From Tidjanibacter sp. (GTDB lineage Bacteria; Bacteroidota; Bacteroidia; Bacteroidales; Rikenellaceae), in NCBI GenBank assembly GCA_034102025.1, contig JAXEIN010000013.1, positions 75,300 to 139,299 of the forward strand: a DNA stretch of 64,000 bases. The letters are read 5' to 3'. Within the stretch, counting starts at the first letter, position 1, and every line of letters starts with the position of its first letter. Made by a program: the position numbers and the translations under genes. Below, piece after piece: positions 55,085 to 62,540 of this stretch. Under the pieces are notes generated by a model. That model saw only the letters and a program-made list of their open reading frames with translations, had not been told where the DNA came from and did no database searches.

Positions 55085-55897
55085 TTATTGTTTTTTTATT
55101 ATCTCCACCTCGTAGAGTTTGTTCCACCGCTTGCCGGTGACAAAAATCCGCCCCGTTGAAGCATCGTAGGCTATACCGTTCAAAACATCGGAGTAGCGCG
55201 TTACATCACGCGGCGACTGCAACCCTGCAAAGTCGACCACGGCGCGCACTCGGCCGTCGGCAGGGTCGATAATCATCACTTGGTCGGTCAGGTAGACGTT
55301 GGCCCAAATCTCGCCGTCGATCCACTCCAACTCGTTGAGATTGCGCACACGGTTGCGGCCGGCGCGAACAGAGATTGTGCGTTCCACCTCAAAGGTCTTC
55401 GGGTCGCGAACCACGATGCGGTCCGAGCCGTCACTCATATAGAGCTTCGAGCCGTCGTTGGTGAGCCCCCACCCCTGTCCGTCGTAGCGAAATTCGCCCA
55501 CCTTTTTGAAGGTGTCGGCCTCGTAGACCATTGCACGTCCTTCGGTCCAGGTAATCTGATATATAAGGCCGTCGAGCAGCGTAATGCCCTCGCCGAAAAT
55601 GTTGTCAGGCAGGTCAATCTCGCGCTCGGCCAGTCCGGTCGAGAGTTCCACGCGGCGCAGTTGCGACTCGCCGTGGCCGCCGGTACCCTCAATCATCTTG
55701 CCATTGTGCCACTCCAACCCCTGCGTGTAGGCCTGCTCGGAGTGAGGGAAGAGGTTCACAACCCGGTACGTATAGCGCTCGGGGGCAACTACCACCTCCT
55801 GAGCAGTAGAGATTGCAGGCGCTCGGCGTACCGAACGTCCGCCCCCGCACGAAACCGAGGCAACAAGTATTAAAACTATAAATAGAGTTGTACGCAT
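55085..55897 (-). CDS. Glutaminyl-peptide cyclotransferase (beta-propeller type), lipoprotein
   Basis: 270 aa with lipobox VASVSC. Blocks are YTQGLEWHNGKMIEGTG, FGEGITLLDGLIYQITW, GWGLTNDG and LNELEWIDGEIWANV. Confidence 0.82.
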   Translation of the reverse strand: MRTTLFIVLILVASVSCGGGRSVRRAPAISTAQEVVVAPERYTYRVVNLFPHSEQAYTQGLEWHNGKMIEGTGGHGESQLRRVELSTGLAEREIDLPDNIFGEGITLLDGLIYQITWTEGRAMVYEADTFKKVGEFRYDGQGWGLTNDGSKLYMSDGSDRIVVRDPKTFEVERTISVRAGRNRVRNLNELEWIDGEIWANVYLTDQVMIIDPADGRVRAVVDFAGLQSPRDVTRYSDVLNGIAYDASTGRIFVTGKRWNKLYEVEIIKKQ

Positions 55898-55940
55898 AAA
55901 AAACAGTTGTCAGCAGATGACAAAGATAGCAAAAAAACGG

Positions 55941-55948
55941 TATATTTG
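55941..55948 (+). promoter_or_regulatory. Candidate -7 box TATATTTG for serS
   Basis: TAnnTTTG match 30 nt upstream of ATG 55978. Confidence 0.4.
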
Positions 55949-55977
55949 CGCCGATTAATGTAAAAACCTGACAACTT

Positions 55978-57255
55978 ATGCTTACCATCAAGCAAATTCG
56001 CGACGACCGCGACCACGCAATCGAACGCCTCTCGGTAAAGGGAGTCGACGCTCGCGAGACCATCGACCGCATAATCCTTCTCGACGACCAACGCAAGGCT
56101 CTGCAACAGACCCTCGACCGCAATCTGGCCGAACAGAACGCAGCCGCCAAACAGATAGGCGCACTCTTTGCACAAGGCAAACGCGCCGAGGCCGACGAGG
56201 CCAAGAAACATACCGCCGAATTGAAAGAGGAGTCGAAAACTCTCGACGCTCAACTCTCGGCGACCACAGACGAAATGAATCGCCTCATCGTGACGCTGCC
56301 CAACTTCCCGGCCGAGATAGTTCCTCACGGACTCACCGCCGCCGACAATGTTGTGGTCAAAACGGGTGGCGAAATTCCCGCGCTTGCCGACGACGCACTA
56401 CCCCATTGGGAGTTGGCCACAAAATACGACATCATCGATTTTGAGTTGGGTGTAAAGCTCACCGGCGCAGGTTTTCCGGTCTACAAAGGCAAAGGCGCAA
56501 GATTGCAACGCGCACTGATTGAGTACTTTCTCGACCGCAACACCGAGGCAGGCTACTTGGAGGTTATGCCCCCGATTATGGTCAACGAGGCTTCGGGCTT
56601 CGGCACAGGTCAACTGCCCGACAAAGAGGGTCAAATGTACCACGCCGAGGTCGACAACTTCTATCTGATACCCACCGCCGAGGTGCCTGTTACCAACATC
56701 TACCGCGACACGATAGTCGACGAAAAGGAACTGCCCATTCGTCTGACCGCCTACACTCCCTGCTTCCGTCGCGAGGCCGGCAGCTACGGCAAAGACGTGC
56801 GCGGCCTGAACCGTCTGCACCAGTTCGACAAGGTCGAAATAGTCCGCATCAACCGTCCCGAAGACTCCTACGAGGCTCTCGACCAAATGGTTGCCCACGT
56901 CGAGTCGTTGGTCAAAGGTCTTGGACTACCCTACCGCATTGTACGCCTGAGCGGCGGCGATATGAGTTTCACTTCGGCACTCACCTATGATTTTGAGGTC
57001 TTCTCGGCCGCACAGAAACGCTGGTTGGAGGTGTCGAGTGTATCGAATTTCGAAACTTTTCAGGCCAACCGTCTGAAACTCCGCTACCGCACTGCCGACA
57101 AAAAAACACAGCTCTGCCACACTCTGAACGGCAGCTCGCTTGCATTGCCCCGAATAGTGGCCGCATTATTGGAGAACAACCAGACGCCTGAGGGCATCGT
57201 AATCCCCGAAATTTTGCGTCCCTACACAAGATTCGATTTGATTGCAGGCAAATAA
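55978..57255 (+). CDS. serS: Seryl-tRNA synthetase
   Basis: 425 aa. It has an N-terminal coiled-coil arm (MLTIKQIRDD...) and class II motifs FRREAGSYGKDVRGLNRLHQFDKVE and GSSLALPRIVAALLENNQ. Confidence 0.93.
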   Translation: MLTIKQIRDDRDHAIERLSVKGVDARETIDRIILLDDQRKALQQTLDRNLAEQNAAAKQIGALFAQGKRAEADEAKKHTAELKEESKTLDAQLSATTDEMNRLIVTLPNFPAEIVPHGLTAADNVVVKTGGEIPALADDALPHWELATKYDIIDFELGVKLTGAGFPVYKGKGARLQRALIEYFLDRNTEAGYLEVMPPIMVNEASGFGTGQLPDKEGQMYHAEVDNFYLIPTAEVPVTNIYRDTIVDEKELPIRLTAYTPCFRREAGSYGKDVRGLNRLHQFDKVEIVRINRPEDSYEALDQMVAHVESLVKGLGLPYRIVRLSGGDMSFTSALTYDFEVFSAAQKRWLEVSSVSNFETFQANRLKLRYRTADKKTQLCHTLNGSSLALPRIVAALLENNQTPEGIVIPEILRPYTRFDLIAGK

Positions 57256-57288
57256 CAACTTATTGCAGACAAATTCTAAAAAAAGCAC

Positions 57289-57296
57289 TATCTTTG
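57289..57296 (+). promoter_or_regulatory. Candidate -7 box TATCTTTG for the ferredoxin gene
   Basis: TAnnTTTG match 35 nt upstream of ATG 57331. Confidence 0.4.
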
Positions 57297-57330
57297 CACA
57301 ACGTTTTATAAAACTTATTTTTTAACAGCT

Positions 57331-57501
57331 ATGGCTTACAAAATCGATCCCGACAAATGTGTATCGTGCGGCAGTTGCGCCGGCGAATGCCCTGTTGAGG
57401 CAATTTCGGAAGGCGACGGTGCTTATGTAATCGACGCCGACAAATGTATTGAGTGCGGCACTTGTGCCGACGTTTGCCCCTCATCGGCAATCTCGCTCTA
57501 A
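57331..57501 (+). CDS. 2x[4Fe-4S] ferredoxin (56 aa)
   Basis: It is below the ORF-track size cutoff. My translation is MAYKIDPDKCVSCGSCAGECPVEAISEGDGAYVIDADKCIECGTCADVCPSSAISL, with two CxxCxxCxxxCP motifs. The TAA stop is at 57499..57501. Confidence 0.85.
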   Translation: MAYKIDPDKCVSCGSCAGECPVEAISEGDGAYVIDADKCIECGTCADVCPSSAISL

Positions 57502-57520
57502 TACGCACACACGCATTCTT

Positions 57521-57560
57521 AAACGGGAGTGTCTAACAAATATGTTAGACACTCCCGTTT
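57521..57560. terminator. Conserved repeat hairpin (AAACGGGAGTGTCTAAC-AAATAT-GTTAGACACTCCCGTTT) between convergent genes
   Basis: Perfect 17-bp stem. It has the same GGGAGTGTCTAAC/GTTAGACACTCCC arms as 11695..11730 and 34351..34386. Confidence 0.6.
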
Positions 57561-57576
57561 GTTAGATGATGTATTG

Positions 57577-58314
57577 TTAGAACGAAAGGTAGTAGAATAC
57601 TCCGACCATATTGTTGAGCGAGTGGCGCGTATTGACACTCTCCAAACGGCCCTCCTCGTAGAGTGTCGCTTGTTTCGACAGGGTGTGGTCATAGCGCCAG
57701 TAGAGCGAGAGCGCATTGTGTCTGTCGAAAGCATATTTCAGTCCCACATTGCTGCGAAAGCGCTGAATATAGAGGTTTTGGATATAATGCGGCGCGGAGA
57801 GCATATTGAATACCTCGGCATTGGCAAAGGCGGTCACGCGGTCGGCAAGCCGACAGGTTGTGGCCAAATGTGACCTCAGCAACCACTCCGGAGCAGCCTC
57901 AAACGATTCGCCCCCAACACCACCAGAGTATTTCAGACGCGGAGCCTCGCGCAGAGTAAAACTCCAACGGCCGGCACGAATGGTGTAGTAGAAATTCAGG
58001 TCGGCAATAAATTGGTCTTCGGGCGAGGCCGAGTTGCGAATGTTGACCATAAGCAACATCGGGGCTACCTGCAAATGCCGCCCGTTGTTGTAGGTGAGCG
58101 TCACGCGCGAGTAGTAGCGGTCGCGGTCGCGCATATCGTTCTTCATATAGATCTCCTCGGCCCAACCCAAGTGCCAACGCGGCGACAAGCGAAGACCTAC
58201 ATCGAAGCCCGAATGGAGTTTCAGGTCCGACGACTCCGACTGGGTGTAGACCTGCGCCAACAGCCCTTCGACAAGAGCCGACACAAACAATAATATCAAT
58301 AAAAATCGCTTCAT
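57577..58314 (-). CDS. Exported beta-barrel-like protein (DUF2490-like candidate)
   Basis: 245 aa with signal MKRFLLILLFVSALVEGLLAQ. It shows an alternating beta-strand pattern and a C-terminal ...VGVFYYLSF. The family name is tentative. Confidence 0.55.
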   Translation of the reverse strand: MKRFLLILLFVSALVEGLLAQVYTQSESSDLKLHSGFDVGLRLSPRWHLGWAEEIYMKNDMRDRDRYYSRVTLTYNNGRHLQVAPMLLMVNIRNSASPEDQFIADLNFYYTIRAGRWSFTLREAPRLKYSGGVGGESFEAAPEWLLRSHLATTCRLADRVTAFANAEVFNMLSAPHYIQNLYIQRFRSNVGLKYAFDRHNALSLYWRYDHTLSKQATLYEEGRLESVNTRHSLNNMVGVFYYLSF

Positions 58315-58403
58315 ATTCAGACCTACAAAGATAGAAATATTATTTCGGTCGGCAAAGTCAAATAATTTTGTGGCGGAAATTTGAAAACAAACAAAAAAAA
58401 TGA

Positions 58404-58411
58404 TATTTTTG
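58404..58411 (+). promoter_or_regulatory. Candidate -7 box TATTTTTG for the 58440-62314 three-gene cluster
   Basis: TAnnTTTG match 29 nt upstream of ATG 58440. A second match (TAATTTTG) lies at 58363..58370. Confidence 0.4.
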
Positions 58412-58439
58412 CACTACTCGTAAAACGTTAATCTCCGCA

Positions 58440-59096
58440 ATGAAAAAACTTTACCTTACGACCATACTGCTATTGTTAACGGTTACCGCATCGTTCGGAC
58501 AGCTCACCAAGAGCCGCACCGACTCCCGTTCGGCCGCCGTTACCAACACCACCACCAAAAAAGAGAGTGCTCCGAAAATAGAGACCATCGGCCGATTGAG
58601 CAATTCGGTGCTTGCTATGGGCGGCTTGTCGGTGGGCAACGGCTACGCAGCCTACTCGTTGCTGCTCGGATTCCGATCGGGCAAACTCTACTACTACGTC
58701 GAGGGCGAGACCAATAACTTTATCCTCAATCCGATTGATTCATACGACGTTCGCGGCACGATAAAAGATTACCACGACAATGTTTTTTGGAGCGGCGAGC
58801 GTGTGCAGTGCCGCTCAAATCTCACCGTTGGCGCTATCTACAAGCCATTCAAATGGTTGGGCGTAAAAGCCGGTCTTGGTTACGGTTTCTACTACAACCT
58901 CTGCAAAGATATTGGCGGTGGGTGGTACGACAACTCCGACCTCTCAACAACCGATTCCAAACTCGACCAACTTGGCTCGTTGGAGTTGGAGGGCGGCATT
59001 TATCTCACTTTCGGTCGATTTGTGGTTGGTGGAGGCGTGCAGTATTGCCTCGATTCGGTCTTTGAGCCCACTTTCTCGATTGGATTATTGTTCTGA
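58440..59096 (+). CDS. Small exported outer-membrane beta-barrel-like protein
   Basis: 218 aa with signal MKKLYLTTILLLLTVTASFGQ. It has Gly/aromatic-rich alternating strands and the C-terminal residue is Phe (..FSIGLLF). Confidence 0.6.
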   Translation: MKKLYLTTILLLLTVTASFGQLTKSRTDSRSAAVTNTTTKKESAPKIETIGRLSNSVLAMGGLSVGNGYAAYSLLLGFRSGKLYYYVEGETNNFILNPIDSYDVRGTIKDYHDNVFWSGERVQCRSNLTVGAIYKPFKWLGVKAGLGYGFYYNLCKDIGGGWYDNSDLSTTDSKLDQLGSLELEGGIYLTFGRFVVGGGVQYCLDSVFEPTFSIGLLF

Positions 59097-59122
59097 TTTA
59101 TGGTAAAAACGATAGCAACAAA

Positions 59123-59998
59123 ATGAAAAAAAGTCTATATATATCATTGATTGTCATAGTATCATTGGGACTGTGGGGCTGTGGCGAAGATGATTTTACC
59201 CCGCAACGCGCGAATATCAATCTATACTGCAACGCGGCAACAGACATCACCTCTTCGACGGCCAAAATCGAATACGGCTACTCGGGCTCGTGGGACGGCT
59301 ACTATTTTTCCGCTTTCGGAATCGAGATATCGACCTCGACCTCTTTTGGCAATGCCACGCAGCTCAACGCCAGCGATACATATTACTATGGCGATGGAGA
59401 GTGGGTAATGACCGTCACCGGTCTGCAACCCTCTACTCGCTACTATTACCGTACCTTTGCCACCGACTCTCACAACAACTACATATATAGTGCAGCCGGT
59501 TCATTCACCACACAAGGTATCGGGCCGTTAGATTACTATTTGGGCACATACAGTGGCTGTTGCAATGATTGCAACAGCAGCAATTCGTATTCGTGGACGG
59601 GTACGACTATCACCAAAAACTCAGACACCGAGATATTTATCGAGGGCTTTTTCAATGGCAAAAGCTATTTTTGTGCGTGGGCTGATTGGGACTCCGGGCG
59701 CAATCTCTTTGTGTTGGTCGATGGAGCTTACAACTCTTCACGAACGTACTATTTCAACTCAGAGCCGGGTGTCAACTATAATGCGAGAATTTGGGCCGAG
59801 AATATTTCCGCTCCATCGGAGGTTGTTGAAGGGGTGCTTATTCGTAATGCCGACGGCACAATAATATTAACGGGTATCAACGCCAACAGTAATGGATATG
59901 TTGCCAACGGTTTTGGGCTCTACAACCGCAAGGTGTCCGACGGCAGTTTGTCGCTATACGGCAGATACAAAGACTTGAAATTTACTCCAACCAATTAA
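59123..59998 (+). CDS. Lipoprotein with FN3-like domain plus second beta-rich domain
   Basis: 291 aa with lipobox LGLWGC. The FN3-like stretch is ATDITSSTAKIEYGY...VTGLQPSTRYYYRTFATD. Confidence 0.6.
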   Translation: MKKSLYISLIVIVSLGLWGCGEDDFTPQRANINLYCNAATDITSSTAKIEYGYSGSWDGYYFSAFGIEISTSTSFGNATQLNASDTYYYGDGEWVMTVTGLQPSTRYYYRTFATDSHNNYIYSAAGSFTTQGIGPLDYYLGTYSGCCNDCNSSNSYSWTGTTITKNSDTEIFIEGFFNGKSYFCAWADWDSGRNLFVLVDGAYNSSRTYYFNSEPGVNYNARIWAENISAPSEVVEGVLIRNADGTIILTGINANSNGYVANGFGLYNRKVSDGSLSLYGRYKDLKFTPTN

Positions 59999-60010
59999 AG
60001 GGCAAACGAT

Positions 60011-62314
60011 ATGAAGAGGGTAAAGATTATTTGCGGCCTTGTTGCGGTGCTGTTGTGCACCTCATACGCCGCCGCGCAACCGAGCCGCGTGAAGGGCAAA
60101 AACGAACTCTACGGCTTTGTCGACAACCAAAACAACACAGTTGTATCGTGCCAATACACCGACGCGGGCTTGTTCTTCGAGTCGCGTGCACGGGTATCCA
60201 AAAACGGCAAGTGGGGCTTCATCGACGAGAAAGGAACCATTGTGGTGGCGATGCGCTACGACGAGGCGTGCGATTTCGTCGACGGTTGGGCCGCAGTCCG
60301 TTCGGGCGCTTCGTGGGCCTATATCAATAGCATTGGACTACCGATGAAGAGTGATTACATTCGCTCTGTGGGAACCGATTTCAGCTCCTCGATAGAGGCG
60401 GCCTTGGACTTCTCCGAAGGGTTGGCCGCAATCTGCGTCGACGGCAAATGGGGCTTTGTCGACCAAAAAGGCAAGACCGTCATCGAACCTCAATACTCCG
60501 ACGTAAACAGTTTCAACGATGGCGCTGCCGCAGTTGTAAAGGGCGGCAAGATGGGCTACATTGACCGATACAACAATGTGGTCATTCCAATTAAATATAG
60601 CGGTGCCGGCTACTTCTCGCTCGACGGAGCGGTGGTTCGCGACCCCGAGAGCGGGCTTTGCGGTTTCATCTCTCCCGACGGCCTCAAATTGTCGGCCTTC
60701 CGCTACAACGACTGCTTCCCCTACAAGGGAGGCTACGCGGCAGTATCTGTCGAGGGTCGCTGGGGATTCATCGACGCTGTTGGGCGTACGGCTGTCAAGC
60801 CACACTACGACTGGGTCGATTGGAAGGTTGAAGAGGGTATGGCCGTGGTCTCTGCCAACAACAAATACGGTGTCATTGACCTTTCGGACAACACGATGCT
60901 CCCCATAGAGTACGACTACCTGACCGCCTGCCAGTTCCGTCGCGACGCCACCAATGCCAAACTGCTCGCCAACTATCCGCAGGTGGGCTTCACGCTCTTC
61001 GCACGCAACTATGTGACGAAAGTGATTAATGAGTGGCAGAAGAAGGACCAGTTCGAAAGTTCCGACGAATTTCGCGCACGTGTCAACCCCGAGACCCGAC
61101 AGGCCAAAGTGGCCGAGCTGACCGAGGAGGCGCGTCAACGCTACATCGAAAAACTTACGGCCGGTTTTACTTTCCGCCCCGAATTGGGCGACTACGATGC
61201 CGACAACGAGGTCTTTTTGATCAACGAGAAGCACTACGGGCAGATGCTGCTCTCGGTGCCGCGCAAGGAGGCGCGTTCATTCTCTGCCGAATGGAAGATG
61301 GTGAAAGTTGTCGATCCGGTCTACTATATCGACAATAATGCCATAATGTTGGCCGAGCTGTCGTTCGCCACTCCCGAAGGCAAGCGCTACACTTACAGCA
61401 ACAGCGCCTCACTCAACTATGCCGTGGCCGACATCGACTACCGTTTCGACCCTATCGAGTTGCCCGAAATTGAGACTGGCATACAGAAAGGCACGCAGAC
61501 CGTTTCGCAATCGACCATCAAGGTGGGCAAGTCGGACGTCGACTTGAACATTCCAAAGACCGATTTGCAGAGCAGCCGCACCTTTGCCGTAATTATCGCC
61601 AACGAGGACTACCAGTCGGAGCAGCGCGTACCCTATGCGCTGAACGACGGCAACAGTTTCAGCCAATATTGTCAATCGACGCTCGGCATTCCGATCAAAA
61701 ATATCCGTTTCGTCAAAAACGCCACACTCAACAACATTCGCAGCCAAATCAACTGGGTCGGCGAGGTGGCACGCAGTTTCGACGGTCAGGCCGATGTTAT
61801 CTTCTACTACGCCGGCCACGGCATACCCGACGAGAGCAACGGCACCTCATACCTGTTGCCTGTCGACGGCGTGGGCACCGACCCTGCCACCGGCTACAAG
61901 GTCGACGAGCTGTTCGCCACGCTCGGAGCAATGCCTGCCGCACGTGTAACGGTCTTTATGGACGCCTGTTTCAGCGGTTCGAAACGCGACGGCGGTATGT
62001 TGGCTTCGGCACGCGGCGTTGCAATCAAGGTGCGGCAGGGACAACCCGAAGGCAATATGGTAGTCTTCTGCGCATCGCAGAACGACGAGACGGCCTTTCC
62101 CTTCAACGAGAAGGGACACGGGCTTTTCACCTACTACCTGCTGAAAAAGTTGCAGCAAGACGGCGGCAACGTCAGCTTGGGCGAACTTGGACGCTACGTG
62201 CAGACCAATGTCAAGCAGCAATCGATACTGGTCAACAGCAAGAGCCAAACGCCCTCGGTGACGGCAGCCTCGGCGCTGGGCAACGACTGGCAGCAGTGGA
62301 CGCTGGTGAGATAG
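60011..62314 (+). CDS. Exported WG-repeat (KWG-type) protein fused to a C-terminal caspase-like (peptidase C14) domain
   Basis: 767 aa with signal MKRVKIICGLVAVLLCTSYAAAQ. It has about eight repeats of the GKWGFIDEKG / GKWGFVDQKG / GRWGFIDAVG type. The caspase block is FAVIIANEDY...VIFYYAGHGIP...VTVFMDACFSGSKR (His and Cys dyad positions present). Confidence 0.8.
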   Translation: MKRVKIICGLVAVLLCTSYAAAQPSRVKGKNELYGFVDNQNNTVVSCQYTDAGLFFESRARVSKNGKWGFIDEKGTIVVAMRYDEACDFVDGWAAVRSGASWAYINSIGLPMKSDYIRSVGTDFSSSIEAALDFSEGLAAICVDGKWGFVDQKGKTVIEPQYSDVNSFNDGAAAVVKGGKMGYIDRYNNVVIPIKYSGAGYFSLDGAVVRDPESGLCGFISPDGLKLSAFRYNDCFPYKGGYAAVSVEGRWGFIDAVGRTAVKPHYDWVDWKVEEGMAVVSANNKYGVIDLSDNTMLPIEYDYLTACQFRRDATNAKLLANYPQVGFTLFARNYVTKVINEWQKKDQFESSDEFRARVNPETRQAKVAELTEEARQRYIEKLTAGFTFRPELGDYDADNEVFLINEKHYGQMLLSVPRKEARSFSAEWKMVKVVDPVYYIDNNAIMLAELSFATPEGKRYTYSNSASLNYAVADIDYRFDPIELPEIETGIQKGTQTVSQSTIKVGKSDVDLNIPKTDLQSSRTFAVIIANEDYQSEQRVPYALNDGNSFSQYCQSTLGIPIKNIRFVKNATLNNIRSQINWVGEVARSFDGQADVIFYYAGHGIPDESNGTSYLLPVDGVGTDPATGYKVDELFATLGAMPAARVTVFMDACFSGSKRDGGMLASARGVAIKVRQGQPEGNMVVFCASQNDETAFPFNEKGHGLFTYYLLKKLQQDGGNVSLGELGRYVQTNVKQQSILVNSKSQTPSVTAASALGNDWQQWTLVR

Positions 62315-62480
62315 TTGTTTGGGCCGACAATTCGACTTGGTCGACCCATAAGACTTAGCAGACTTAGCAGAATTTCAGGTTGTAGAGGTTTTGTAGAGGT
62401 AGTGTTAACTTAGCGTTAAGCAAGTTTTAAGTAATCGTTAACAAACGATTCGCGAAGTTCAACCGACCGCAAAAGCACTT

Positions 62481-62488
62481 TATCTTTG
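62481..62488 (+). promoter_or_regulatory. Candidate -7 box TATCTTTG for the phosphate transporter gene
   Basis: TAnnTTTG match 53 nt upstream of ATG 62541. Confidence 0.4.
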
Positions 62489-62540
62489 CGACAAGTATGG
62501 AGAACCTCAGCGTTAAAACATCTATCACAACCATTACCGA

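Noticed and set aside
60011-62314. Caspase-domain protein as a cytoplasmic anti-phage or abortive-infection effector
   Set aside because: It has a clear N-terminal signal peptide, as do both upstream genes. No nuclease, NTPase, TIR or sensor genes are adjacent. An envelope function fits better.
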